A stretch of 64,000 bases of DNA, taken from positions 218,299 through 282,298 of the forward strand of contig CAWIYR010000003.1 in NCBI GenBank assembly GCA_963840375.1. Direction: 5' to 3'. How positions within the stretch are numbered: position 1 is the first letter of the stretch; each line of letters begins with the position of its first letter. Under the pieces are notes generated by a model, which did not search any database, had not been told where the DNA came from, and saw nothing but the letters and a program-made list of their open reading frames with translations. Origin of the DNA: an uncultured Chloroflexia bacterium. Lineage in GTDB: Bacteria > Chloroflexota > Limnocylindria > Limnocylindrales > CSP1-4. The position numbers and the translations under genes were made by a program. Positions 30,779 through 39,942 of this stretch are shown piece by piece.

Positions 30779-31179
30779 CGGGGTTCCCTCCGAAGTCCTC
30801 GGATCTCGATGGCGGCCTCGTCCGCATCGATCTCGTGCCGGGCGAGCCGTTCGAGGATGGCCTGGCGGGCGGCCGCCGGATCGCCCCCGGTCGAGGCGGA
30901 CGACGACGGGGGGTCGCCGAGGCCGAGCGCCCGGACGAGGGCGTCGACCCGGGCCCGGACGGTCGGGTAGCTGATGCCGAGCTCTCGCTCGACGTCGCGA
31001 AGGTTCCCCCGCGAGCGCAGGAAGCTCTCGAGCAAGGTCATCTGCTCCCGGCCGAGCCGACCGAAGCGCCCGACGCTGAACTCACCCTCCAGGGCGGTGC
31101 CGCAGGTCCGACAGGCGAGGCGGGTGACGATCAGCTCGCCGGAGCAGACCGGACAGGTGGAGATCACATCATGTGTCAT
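30775..31179 (-). CDS. DUF2089 protein (N-terminal zinc ribbon CPVC...CRTC plus HTH)
   Basis: MTHDVISTCPVCSGELIVTRLACRTCGTALEGEF...EQMTLLESFLRSRGNLRDVERELGISYPTVRARVDAL is the canonical DUF2089 pattern; ATGA overlap with the DUF4097 gene. Confidence 0.8.
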   Translation of the reverse strand: MTHDVISTCPVCSGELIVTRLACRTCGTALEGEFSVGRFGRLGREQMTLLESFLRSRGNLRDVERELGISYPTVRARVDALVRALGLGDPPSSSASTGGDPAAARQAILERLARHEIDADEAAIEIRGLRREPR

Positions 31180-31189
31180 CGCATGGCCC

Positions 31190-31306
31190 GCAGATATGAG
31201 TTCCTGATGCGCACATTATGACATGTGACTTTCGTTTTGTCAATGTCATGCACAACTTTGTTGCGTTGCCTTTCGTCCGGCCGCAGTGGCGTACGCTTGA
31301 CCTCCG
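31190..31306. promoter_or_regulatory. AT-rich divergent promoter region with the inverted repeat ATGACAT-N18-ATGTCAT (31218..31249)
   Basis: Locally AT-rich (ttatgacatgtgactttcgttttgtcaatgtcatgcacaactttgtt) in a genome of about 72% GC, between the DUF2089 operon and the GNAT gene. Confidence 0.4.
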
Positions 31307-32146
31307 ATGCAGCTCGAGCGGTTCGACGACCTGGCGGCCTTCCGACGCCGGGCGGAGCCCTTCCTGGTGGCGCGCGAGGCCGAGCACAACCTGCTCCTCG
31401 GGATGACGTCCGCGCTCGGTTCGGCGGCGGAGCACGACCCGGGCCCGGATTACCTGGCGGTGGTCGTCGACGACGGCGTCGTCGTGGCGGTCGCGGGCCA
31501 GACCCCGCCGTTCGGACTCGTCCTCTCGGAGATCGACCGGATCGAGGCGATCGACCTCCTCCTCGACGACGTCGAGGCGATCGGACCGCCGAGCGTCCTC
31601 GGACCGGCCGAACATGCCGGCGGCTTCGCTCGACGCCTCGCCGAGCGTTTCGGCTTCATCGCCGTCCACGAGTCGTCCCAGCGGATCTTCCGGACCACGA
31701 CGATCCGCCCGCCGGTCCCGGCAGCGGGGCACCTCCGGGCGGCGGCGATCGCCGACCGCGACCTCCTCGTCGAGTGGCTGACCGCATTCGAGCGCGAGGC
31801 GCTCGGTGACGACGACCCGATCGGCGTGGACGAGCTCGTCGCCGGGCGACTCGAACGCGGCTGGGCGTTCATCTGGGACGACGACGGACCGGTCTCATTC
31901 GTCGGGATCGGCGGGCGAACGCCGAACGGCGTCCTGCTCGAGGGTGGGTACACCCCGCCGGGTCTCCGCGGTCATGGCTACGGCGGGAACGCCGTCGCCG
32001 CGATCAGCCGCTCACTGCTCGAGGACGGCGCGCTCTTCGTGTTCCTCTTCACCGACCTCGCGAACCCGGTCTCGAACCACATCTACCAGGCGCTCGGCTA
32101 CGAGCCCGTCCGTGACGTCGAGGTCTGGCGCCTCGAGGCGAGGTAG
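31307..32146 (+). CDS. GNAT family N-acetyltransferase (two-domain)
   Basis: C-terminal GNAT core (GLRGHGYGGNAVAAISRSLL...FLFTDLANPVSNHIYQALGYEPV). Confidence 0.65.
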   Translation: MQLERFDDLAAFRRRAEPFLVAREAEHNLLLGMTSALGSAAEHDPGPDYLAVVVDDGVVVAVAGQTPPFGLVLSEIDRIEAIDLLLDDVEAIGPPSVLGPAEHAGGFARRLAERFGFIAVHESSQRIFRTTTIRPPVPAAGHLRAAAIADRDLLVEWLTAFEREALGDDDPIGVDELVAGRLERGWAFIWDDDGPVSFVGIGGRTPNGVLLEGGYTPPGLRGHGYGGNAVAAISRSLLEDGALFVFLFTDLANPVSNHIYQALGYEPVRDVEVWRLEAR

Positions 32147-32166
32147 TCGACGATCCGCCCGGCGAG

Positions 32167-33054
32167 GTGACCCGCGACGGGACGCCGTGGCCCGGGCCCG
32201 CTACGCTCTCCGGGATGCCGCCACCCGTCGCACCCGCGATCCCGATCCGCACGGTCACCGCCACCCGCTACGTCACCCCGTTCCGCGAGGGGGGTTCCCT
32301 GCCGGGACTCATGGAGGCCGACGACGACGGGCTCTACGTCGTGAAGTACCGCGGCGCGGGCCAGGGGCCGAAGGCGCTCATCGCCGAGCTCGTCGCGGGC
32401 GAGGTCGGACGGGCGCTGGGACTGCCGGTGCCGGAGATCGTCCTGGTCGCGCTCGACCCGGCCCTCGGCAAGGCGGAGCCGGACCAGGAGATCCAGGAGC
32501 TGCTCGACCGGAGCGCCGGGCTCAACCTGGGCCTCGACTTCCTGCCCGGCGCCCTCCCCTTCGAGCCCGGGACGGCCGCCGCGCCGAACGCTCCCGTTGG
32601 CGACCGCCCGGACCCCGAGCTGGCCGCGGACATCGTCTGGTTCGACGGACTCGTCACGAACGTGGACCGGACCGCCAGGAACGTCAACCTCCTCGTCTGG
32701 CACCGCCGCCTGTGGCTCATCGACCACGGCGCAGCCCTCTACGTCCAGCACGCCTGGAGCGACCCGGCCGCCCACGCCCGGCGATCCTTCCCACGGATCG
32801 TCGATCACGTGCTCCTGCCCTACGCGGGCTCCATCGCCGCGGCCGACGAGCGCCTCGCCCCGCGGCTGGTGCCCGAGCTGCTCGGCGAGATCGTCGGGGC
32901 GATCCCCTCGGCCTGGCTGGCCGATGGGGCCCGGCCGGCCGGCGACGGATCGGAGAGCGCCCATCGCGACGCCTACGTGGCGTACCTCATGCGCCGGCTC
33001 GAGGGGCCGCGGCCGTTCGTGGAGGAGGCGGACCGTGCCCGGCGTCCGGCGTAG
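32167..33054 (+). CDS. HipA-like / PI3K-PI4K-like kinase-fold protein
   Basis: LYVVKYRGAGQGPKALIAELVAGEV looks like a Gly-rich N-lobe, VTNVDRTARNVNLLVW a catalytic-loop-like motif (DRxxxN) and LWLIDHGAAL an activation-segment-like motif (IDHG); GTG at 32167 or ATG at 32215. Confidence 0.55.
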   Translation: MTRDGTPWPGPATLSGMPPPVAPAIPIRTVTATRYVTPFREGGSLPGLMEADDDGLYVVKYRGAGQGPKALIAELVAGEVGRALGLPVPEIVLVALDPALGKAEPDQEIQELLDRSAGLNLGLDFLPGALPFEPGTAAAPNAPVGDRPDPELAADIVWFDGLVTNVDRTARNVNLLVWHRRLWLIDHGAALYVQHAWSDPAAHARRSFPRIVDHVLLPYAGSIAAADERLAPRLVPELLGEIVGAIPSAWLADGARPAGDGSESAHRDAYVAYLMRRLEGPRPFVEEADRARRPA

Positions 33055-33433
33055 CCCGTTCGAGTACGCCGTCATCCGGGTCGTACCGCGGGTCGACCGG
33101 GGCGAGGCGATGAACGCCGGGATCGTCCTGCACTGCCGGCCGCGACGCTTCCTCGAGGCCATCGTCGAGCTCGACGAGGACATCCTCCGGGCGCTCGCGC
33201 CGGAGTGCGACCCGGCCGCCGTCCGTGCCCACCTCGAGGCGATCCCTCGGATCTGCAGGGGCGACCCGGCCGGGGGTCCGATCTCCGGCCTGAGCCAGGC
33301 CGAGCGGTTCCACTGGCTGGTGGCTCCGTCGAGCACGATCGTCCAGCCGTCGCCGGTCCACACCGGGCTGACCGGCGATCCGGCGGCCACCCTGGACCAC
33401 CTCTTCGGCACGCTCGTCCGCGGGCGCTGGTAG
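33035..33433 (+). CDS. DUF3037 domain protein
   Basis: GTG at 33035 with GGAGGAGG 6 nt upstream; FEYAVIRVVPRVDRGEAMNAGIVLHC... matches DUF3037; overlaps the kinase 3' end by 20 nt. Confidence 0.65.
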   Translation: MPGVRRSPFEYAVIRVVPRVDRGEAMNAGIVLHCRPRRFLEAIVELDEDILRALAPECDPAAVRAHLEAIPRICRGDPAGGPISGLSQAERFHWLVAPSSTIVQPSPVHTGLTGDPAATLDHLFGTLVRGRW

Positions 33434-33443
33434 GGGGCCGGCG

Positions 33444-34733
33444 ATGACGTCCGACGCGCTCCTCATGGTCCGGGCCGGTCGGCTCGTCGACCCGATCGCC
33501 GGCGAGATCCTGGTCGACCGGACGTTCGTCATCCGGGGCGATCGGGTGGAGGCCGTGCTGGCGCCCGGAGCGGTCCCCGTGGAGTCCGGCGACGCCCGCC
33601 GGCTCGACCTGTCGGACCATACCGTGACCCCGGGGCTCATCGACCTCCACACCCACCTCGTCGGCGACCTCCAGTACGAGGACGTCCCGTCGATCGGGGT
33701 GACCGCCGCGAACGAGCTGCTGATGGGCGTCCGGAACGCCAGGGAGACGCTCCGGGCCGGGTTCACGACGGTCCGCGACGTCGGCACGTTCCGGGCGTTC
33801 CTCGACCTCGAGCTGCGTGATGCGATCGACGCCGGCTGGATCGACGGGCCACGGATGCAGGCGGCCGGCGCGTTCGTGACCGTCCCCGGCGGCGGCGGCG
33901 AGGTGACCGGCGACCCGAGCGTGGAGGTGCCCGCGGAGATGCGGGTGGGGCTCGTCCGCACGCCCGAGGACGTGCGCCGGGTCGTGACCCTCCTGTGCGA
34001 CCGCGGCGTCGACGTCGTCAAGGTCATCGCCACCGGCGCCGTGCTGACCGTCGGCACCGAGCCCGGCGAGGTGGAGCTCGACGAGCCGATGCTCCGGGCG
34101 GCGGTCGAGACGGCGGGCGCCCGCGGTCGCTTCGTCGCGGCGCATGCCCACGGCGCCGAGGGGATCCGGGTGGCCGCCCGGGCCGGCGTGCGGACCGTCG
34201 AGCACGGCTCGCTGCTCGACGACGACGGGATCGATCTGCTCGTCCGGCTCGGGACCTACCTCGTGGCCGACGTCTACAACGGCGACTGGATCGCGACCGA
34301 GGGCGCCCGGGCCGGCTGGCCGGCCGAGACGATGCGCAAGAACGACGAGACCACCGAAGCGCAGCGATCGGCCTTCGGGAAGGCCGTCGCCGCCGGGGTC
34401 CGGGTCGCCTTCGGGACCGACTCCGGCGTCTATCCCCACGGGATGAATGCGATCCAGCTCGGCTACATGGTCCGGTACGGGATGACCCCGCTCCAGGCGA
34501 TCCAGGCGGCCACCGCGGTCGCCGCCGAGGCGATGGGCTGGTCCGACCGGGTCGGGGCGCTCGTCGCGGGCCGGTTCGCCGACCTCGTGGCCGTCCCCGG
34601 CGACCCGCTCGCCGCACTCGACGGCTCCGGCCTCGCGGCCTTCCTCGCCCCGACGCTGGTGATGAAGGGCGGTGTCGTCGTCCGCGACGATCGGCCCGAC
34701 CGATCGGCGGTCAGCCCTTCGCGACCGGGATGA
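33444..34733 (+). CDS. Amidohydrolase family metal-dependent hydrolase (imidazolonepropionase / Xaa-Pro dipeptidase-like)
   Basis: DLHTHL metal-binding motif, ...AAHAHGAEG..., ...AFGTDSGV...; typical TIM-barrel amidohydrolase. Confidence 0.85.
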   Translation: MTSDALLMVRAGRLVDPIAGEILVDRTFVIRGDRVEAVLAPGAVPVESGDARRLDLSDHTVTPGLIDLHTHLVGDLQYEDVPSIGVTAANELLMGVRNARETLRAGFTTVRDVGTFRAFLDLELRDAIDAGWIDGPRMQAAGAFVTVPGGGGEVTGDPSVEVPAEMRVGLVRTPEDVRRVVTLLCDRGVDVVKVIATGAVLTVGTEPGEVELDEPMLRAAVETAGARGRFVAAHAHGAEGIRVAARAGVRTVEHGSLLDDDGIDLLVRLGTYLVADVYNGDWIATEGARAGWPAETMRKNDETTEAQRSAFGKAVAAGVRVAFGTDSGVYPHGMNAIQLGYMVRYGMTPLQAIQAATAVAAEAMGWSDRVGALVAGRFADLVAVPGDPLAALDGSGLAAFLAPTLVMKGGVVVRDDRPDRSAVSPSRPG

Positions 34734-35658
34734 CGAGGACGAACCGCCCGTCCTTCCCCGGGTACCTCCCGGTGGGCCGCTTCCAGGGCAGGTAGTCCTC
34801 CGGCAGGAGCCCGACCGGGACGAGGACGTCCGGGCGTCGCGAGGGTCCCCAGATCGTGCTGATCCGCGGATACCAGACGTCCTCGATGCGCAGGGCAGTC
34901 ACCGTGAAGTCGTCGCCCAGGGCCGGGTCGTTCGTCGCCGTGAAGCCGGAGACGACCCAGTTGTGGGCGCCGCGCCAGACGAGCAGGTCGGCCGGCCGAC
35001 CGGTCAGCCGGATCGCCTTCACGGCGGCCTTGACGGCCGCCGCCCGGGTCGGCATGGCGAGGACCTGCCACGAGCCGTAGCCGAGCGAGGTCAGCGTCCG
35101 GGCGATGCCCTCCGGCTCCGGGCCACCGTCCGGCGCCGGTCCCAGCCGTCGGGAGATCCGCTGGAGGAGGGCCTGGGTCTCCCTCGTGGTGTCCGCGCCC
35201 CGGGTCATCACGTTGATCATCGTCTGCATCGCCGCCGGAGCGCACCACGTCACGCGCTTCTCGCTCACGAAGTCGCCGGTCCGGTACAGGTCCATCGCGA
35301 AGGGTCCGGGGCGGGGGGCCGGCTTCAGGCCACCGGTCGTCGACCCGCTCCCGCCCGGCGACGAGGACGGCGTCGCGCTCGGAGCCACGCTCGGTGCGAC
35401 GGACGGCGCCGGTCCGGTCGAGGGCGGGACACCCGAGGCGCCTCCGGACGGGGTGGCCGACCCGGGCCCGGGGGTCGCCACCGGGGCGGACGGTCGGTCG
35501 GTGGCCCCCGGGGTCGCGCCGGCGGCGACGCCCGGCGACCCCGCGGGCGATGACCCGGCCCCGCCGGCCGATCCGCTCGCCGGGTCGCAGGCCGCAGCCA
35601 CCGTGATCGCGGCGAGCAGGAGCAGCGACGCGATCCACCGGTCCATGAGGCCGTCCAT
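34711..35658 (-). CDS. Lipoprotein with a Ser/Pro/Gly-rich linker and a C39-like (papain-fold) peptidase domain
   Basis: Signal peptide plus lipobox (MDRWIASLLLLAAITVAAAC), then a linker, then ...RVTWCAPAAMQTMINVM...WRGAHNWVVSGF... giving a Cys/His dyad pattern. Confidence 0.55.
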   Translation of the reverse strand: MDGLMDRWIASLLLLAAITVAAACDPASGSAGGAGSSPAGSPGVAAGATPGATDRPSAPVATPGPGSATPSGGASGVPPSTGPAPSVAPSVAPSATPSSSPGGSGSTTGGLKPAPRPGPFAMDLYRTGDFVSEKRVTWCAPAAMQTMINVMTRGADTTRETQALLQRISRRLGPAPDGGPEPEGIARTLTSLGYGSWQVLAMPTRAAAVKAAVKAIRLTGRPADLLVWRGAHNWVVSGFTATNDPALGDDFTVTALRIEDVWYPRISTIWGPSRRPDVLVPVGLLPEDYLPWKRPTGRYPGKDGRFVLVIPVAKG

Positions 35659-35743
35659 CGTGGGACGAGCCGGCAGGACGGTCAACTCGCCCGCCGCGGC
35701 CGATCGTGGGCCGCCGGCCCTCGAGCCGGTCGCGCGGCCGTCG

Positions 35744-36373
35744 TCAGCCGGCGTCGCCCGCCCGCATCGTGGCCATCGCGGCAGCGCCGGCCTCGTCGTC
35801 GGTGGCACCGGCCCGCAGGGCGGCCTTGTAGGCCCGCTTGCCGGCCTGGTAGGACGCGAGCGCCTCGGGCGAGTCGACGTCGCCGAGGGTCGGACGGGTC
35901 GGCGCGACCGCCTCCCAGCCGGGCGGCCGGACCTCGAACCGATGGACGATGACGGCGATGATCGACTTCGCCTTCATCTCGCCGATCCCGGGCAGGGCCA
36001 GCAGGCGACGCTCGAGGTCGCGACCGTCCTGCGCCTCGAGCCAGATCCGCCCGGCGTCGTCGCCGTAGTCGCGGGCGACCGCGACGCACAGGGCCTGGAC
36101 CTTGGCGGCCATCGCGGCGGGGAAGCGGTGGAGGGCCGGTCGCTGCCGGAAGACCTCGATGAACTCGTCGGGACCCATCGCCGCGATCCGTCCGGCGTCG
36201 AGCCCGCCGAGCCGGCGCTTCAGCTCGAGCGGGCCGCCGAACGCCTTCTGGACGGTGACCTGCTGGTCGAGGGCGAAGCCGATGAGGAGCGCCAGGGGCT
36301 CGCTCACCAGCAGCCGGTCGGCGTCGTCGTCACCGGTGAAGTAGAGCCGGTCGGGAAGCTTCGAGGTTGCCAT
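35744..36373 (-). CDS. HhH-GPD superfamily base-excision DNA repair protein (TIGR03252-like)
   Basis: ATG at 36373; ...LALLIGFALDQQVTVQKAF...LLALPGIGEMKAKSIIAV... contains a helix-hairpin-helix. Confidence 0.7.
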   Translation of the reverse strand: MATSKLPDRLYFTGDDDADRLLVSEPLALLIGFALDQQVTVQKAFGGPLELKRRLGGLDAGRIAAMGPDEFIEVFRQRPALHRFPAAMAAKVQALCVAVARDYGDDAGRIWLEAQDGRDLERRLLALPGIGEMKAKSIIAVIVHRFEVRPPGWEAVAPTRPTLGDVDSPEALASYQAGKRAYKAALRAGATDDEAGAAAMATMRAGDAG

Positions 36374-36432
36374 CCGGTCATGGTAGCGAGTCGCGACATC
36401 GCCGTCGGTCGGCCTTCCGGCATACTCGTGGC

Positions 36433-37191
36433 GTGGACGCGACGATCGACTGGCTGGGTCATGCCACACTGCTCATCGAGCTCGACGGCGTGCGCATCCT
36501 GACCGACCCGACGATCCGGGAGCGGATCGGGCCCCTCGACCGGAAGGTCCCGCCGGTCCCCCACCACGCCCTCGAGCGGATCGACGCGGTCCTCGTGAGT
36601 CACCTCCACCTGGACCACCTCGACCTGGCCTCGATCCGCCGGCTCGGCGAGCCGCGGCTCATCGTGCCGGCCGGGTCGGGACGGATCTTCCGCGCGGCCG
36701 GGCATCGCGACATCGACGAGGTGGCCCCGGGCGACACGACCACCCACGGGCCGCTGACGATCGAGGTCGTCCGGGCCGACCACAGCGGCTTCCGGCCGCC
36801 GTTCGGGCCGACGGCACCCGCGCTCGGCTTCATCGTCTCGAACGGCCGGCGGCGGATCTACTTCGCCGGCGACACGGCCCTGTACCCGGAGATGGCGGAC
36901 TTCCAGGACCTCGACGCCGCGTTCCTCCCGGTCTGGGGCTGGGGCCCGAACCTCCGCGGCGGCCACATGGATCCGGTCATGGCCGCCCATGCGGCGGACC
37001 TCATCCGCCCGGGCGTCGCGGTGCCGATCCACTGGGGGACCTTCTGGCCGAAGGCCATGGGCAAGGTCCGGCCGGACCGGTTCGTAGGACCGGGCAGTGA
37101 GTTCTCGGTGGCCGCCGGTGAGCTCGCCGCGGGCGTGAGGGTCACGATCCTCACCCCGGGCGAACGGCTCGACCTGGGCCGCCCGGCGTAG
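36433..37191 (+). CDS. MBL-fold metallo-hydrolase
   Basis: VLVSHLHLDHLD metal-binding motif; the GTG at 36433 avoids overlap with the divergent HhH-GPD gene. Confidence 0.7.
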   Translation: MDATIDWLGHATLLIELDGVRILTDPTIRERIGPLDRKVPPVPHHALERIDAVLVSHLHLDHLDLASIRRLGEPRLIVPAGSGRIFRAAGHRDIDEVAPGDTTTHGPLTIEVVRADHSGFRPPFGPTAPALGFIVSNGRRRIYFAGDTALYPEMADFQDLDAAFLPVWGWGPNLRGGHMDPVMAAHAADLIRPGVAVPIHWGTFWPKAMGKVRPDRFVGPGSEFSVAAGELAAGVRVTILTPGERLDLGRPA

Positions 37192-37200
37192 GGTCCAGGC

Positions 37201-38232
37201 ATGCAGGCGCTCCTCCTCGACGGCCCCGCGCCGGCCGCCTCCGGCCCGCTCCGACTGGCCCGGGTCGCCGATCCGGTCCCGGGCGCCGGCGAGCTCCTCA
37301 TCCGTGTCGGCGCCTGCGCCGTCTGCCGGACCGACCTCCAGCTGGCCGAAGGGGACATCGCGGCCCATCGGTCGCCGCTCGTCCTCGGTCACCAGGCCGT
37401 CGGCCGGGTCGCGGCGATCGGGGATCCGGGTCCCGCCGCGACCGATCGCTCGATCGACACGACCGCCGACTGGGCCGTCGGCGATCGGGCGGCCGTCACC
37501 TGGTTGGCCGGCTCGTGCGGGACCTGCCGGGCGTGCCGGTCGGGTCGCGAGAACCTGTGCCGGGAGGCCATCTTCACCGGCTGGGACCGGGACGGCGGGT
37601 TCGCCGAGCTGATGACCGTCCGCGCGGACGTCGCGGTGCCGGTCCCGGACGCCTTCCCCGACGTCGCGGCGGCGCCCCTCCTGTGTGGCGGGGTCATCGG
37701 CTACCGGGCGCTCCGCGTCTCGGGCATCGAGCCGGGCGGGCGGCTCGGCCTCTTCGGGTTCGGGGCGTCGGCACGGTTGGCGATCCAGGTGGCCCGGTCC
37801 TGGGGGTGCGAGATCTACGCCTGGGCCCGGGACCCGCGCGACCGCGCGCGGGCACTGGCGCTCGGGGCCGCCTGGGCCGGGGGTCACGGCGAACCGGGCC
37901 CGGTCCCCCTCGACGCGGCGGTCACCTTCGCCCCGGTCGGCTCGGTCGTCGTCGAGGCGCTCCGGTCCCTCGATCGCGGCGGGGTCGTGGCGATCAACGC
38001 GATCCACCTCGACGGCATCCCCGCCTTCCCCTACGAGGATCTCTGGTGGGAGCGCTCGATCCGGAGCGTCGCCAACGTGACCCGTCGCGACGCCACCGAG
38101 TTCCTCGCCCTCGCCGCGACGATCGGGATCGAGACCGAGCCCGAACCGATGCCGCTCGCCGATGGCGACCGGGCCCTCCTGGCGATCGCCCGCGGGGAGA
38201 TCGCCGGGGCGGCGGTCCTCGTCCCGGGCTGA
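37201..38232 (+). CDS. Zinc-binding alcohol dehydrogenase family (MDR) oxidoreductase
   Basis: GACAVCRTDLQLAEG, GHQAVGRV, CGTCRACRSGRENLC structural-zinc site, and GFGASARLAIQVA Rossmann motif. Confidence 0.85.
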   Translation: MQALLLDGPAPAASGPLRLARVADPVPGAGELLIRVGACAVCRTDLQLAEGDIAAHRSPLVLGHQAVGRVAAIGDPGPAATDRSIDTTADWAVGDRAAVTWLAGSCGTCRACRSGRENLCREAIFTGWDRDGGFAELMTVRADVAVPVPDAFPDVAAAPLLCGGVIGYRALRVSGIEPGGRLGLFGFGASARLAIQVARSWGCEIYAWARDPRDRARALALGAAWAGGHGEPGPVPLDAAVTFAPVGSVVVEALRSLDRGGVVAINAIHLDGIPAFPYEDLWWERSIRSVANVTRRDATEFLALAATIGIETEPEPMPLADGDRALLAIARGEIAGAAVLVPG

Positions 38233-38268
38233 CGACCGGCCATTTCAAGGATCCGAGGAGAGCGCGAC

Positions 38269-38637
38269 ATGACCGACCCGGTGGGCGTCACCGCCCAGAT
38301 CGATGCCATCCTCGCGGCGCTGCCGCCGGATCAGCGCGCCGCATTGCAGGCCCTCCGCCGGACGATCGCGGCGGCGGCGCCGGAGGCCGTGGACACGATC
38401 AGCTACGGGATGCCCGCCTTCCGGTACCGGGGCCGGGCCCTCGTCTCCTATGCCGCCTTCAAGGCACACTGCTCGCTCTTCCCGATGAGCGCGGCGCTGA
38501 TCGAGACGCACCACGATGAGCTCGCCGCCTTCGCCACGGCCAAGGGCACGCTCCACTTCACGCCCGACCATCCGATCCCGGACGACCTCGTGCGGATGAT
38601 CGTTCGCGAGCGGATGGCCCAGATCGATGGGCGCTGA
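38269..38637 (+). CDS. DUF1801 (YdhG-like) domain protein, second paralog
   Basis: ...TISYGMPAFRYRGRALVSYAAFKAHCSLFP... is typical DUF1801. Confidence 0.75.
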   Translation: MTDPVGVTAQIDAILAALPPDQRAALQALRRTIAAAAPEAVDTISYGMPAFRYRGRALVSYAAFKAHCSLFPMSAALIETHHDELAAFATAKGTLHFTPDHPIPDDLVRMIVRERMAQIDGR

Positions 38638-38661
38638 GGTCGGATCAGGGGGCGAGCTCGA

Positions 38662-39345
38662 TCAGCCCCCGAGATCGGCGGTGATCTCCCAGCCGGGGAC
38701 CGTCCCCTCGGGCACCGCCACGACCTGACGGAGGGTGAGCGCGCGATCCGCGTGGTCGGCGACCAGGCACCCGGTGCACGTCCAGGCCACCCGCTGGCTC
38801 CAGTCGGCCGTATCCGCGGTCGCGGTCGTCCGACCGCACACGGTCTCGCCCTCGGTGCGGCCCAGGGACATCGCGACGTCCACCTGCCGGCACGGTCCAT
38901 CGAGCACCCCGGCGGGCCAGGTCTCGAACACCTGGTTCGACGGAGTGCCGACGAGTCGGGCCCCGATGACCGCCCATCGAGCACCGGTCCCCGCCTCCCC
39001 GCCGAACGTGCTCGAGATGCGCAGGTGGTAGTAGTCCTGATCCGGATCACCGTCATGCGGGTCCCGGTAGGCATCCCAGCACAGCTTCATCGTCCCGGCC
39101 GGTCGCTCGATCGGATCGAGACAGGCGGACCCGGACGGCGAGCGCGGGATCGTCTCGGGATCGACGTCGTCGGTCACATCGGGCGCGATCTCGCCCGTGA
39201 GCGCGACGTTGGCGACGATCGTGGACCCTGCGCCGTCCGGGATCGTCGGGGTCCAGCCGGTCCAGACGGTGGCCCCGCCGAGCGCGATGACCGCGAGGAA
39301 GGTCACGATCGGGATCGCCCACGGCGCTCGGGACACCGGGATCAC
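38662..39345 (-). CDS. Hypothetical secreted or membrane-anchored Cys-rich protein
   Basis: N-terminal TM/signal (WAIPIVTFLAVIALGGATVW), six Cys, coding-like GC3. Confidence 0.5.
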   Translation of the reverse strand: MIPVSRAPWAIPIVTFLAVIALGGATVWTGWTPTIPDGAGSTIVANVALTGEIAPDVTDDVDPETIPRSPSGSACLDPIERPAGTMKLCWDAYRDPHDGDPDQDYYHLRISSTFGGEAGTGARWAVIGARLVGTPSNQVFETWPAGVLDGPCRQVDVAMSLGRTEGETVCGRTTATADTADWSQRVAWTCTGCLVADHADRALTLRQVVAVPEGTVPGWEITADLGG

Positions 39346-39764
39346 CTCCTGGTGCTGACGGTCACCGGCATCCTCTCACCCCCCGCGACCCTGTCAAGGT
39401 CGACCGCGACCGATCGTGCGCGGACCGGCGGGTCGACCCGATCCTGATCCGCCAGACCCTCTCGACACCCGGCCGGGGCGGGAGTAGATTCGAGTGGCGA
39501 ACGGTCCGTGGTCGACCGACCGGCGGTCGTCCCGACGGGCCTGGTGAGGCTTCAAGTCCGATGCGCCTCGACCGCAGCAGACCGGGAAGAACCGGACGGA
39601 GCGACGACCCGCGAACGAGCGGGCGATCGCTGCCGATCACGGCGGATGCGTCGCACGGTGCAGCGAACCTCGCCACGATCCCCCGCGCGGGGAACATCTC
39701 GAGCGACACGCGGGCGGGCCTCTGATCGACGCCACGGTGGCCGGAGAAGGCTCCGTGGCGACCC

Positions 39765-39814
39765 GAGAATCGAAGCGAGACCCACGTCTGACCGGGCGTG
39801 GGCCTCCGATTCTC
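39765..39814 (+). promoter_or_regulatory. Nested hairpin in the long 5' leader of the DEAD-box helicase gene
   Basis: GAGAATCG...CGATTCTC outer stem with CCCACG...CGTGGG inner stem, about 130 nt upstream of the TTG start; the putative leader spans about 39350-39940. Confidence 0.3.
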
Positions 39815-39942
39815 CGGCCCTTCGGCTATGCTCCGCGAGACGACCCGCCCCGCCCACGGGGGCGCGGGCGACCGGGCCGACCCGCCCGACGTCGGATGAC
39901 CCGCCCGCGCGGCCTCGGCCCGACGGGCCACAGGAGCCCTGC

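Noticed and set aside
31169-31732. 187-aa minus-strand ORF and plus-strand ORF 31225..31809
   Set aside because: Overlap the GNAT gene (31307..32146) out of frame, with Arg-rich low-complexity composition.
36304-38007. 567-aa minus-strand ORF
   Set aside because: Antisense to the MBL-fold hydrolase and zinc-ADH genes; low-complexity Arg/Asp/Glu/Pro translation.
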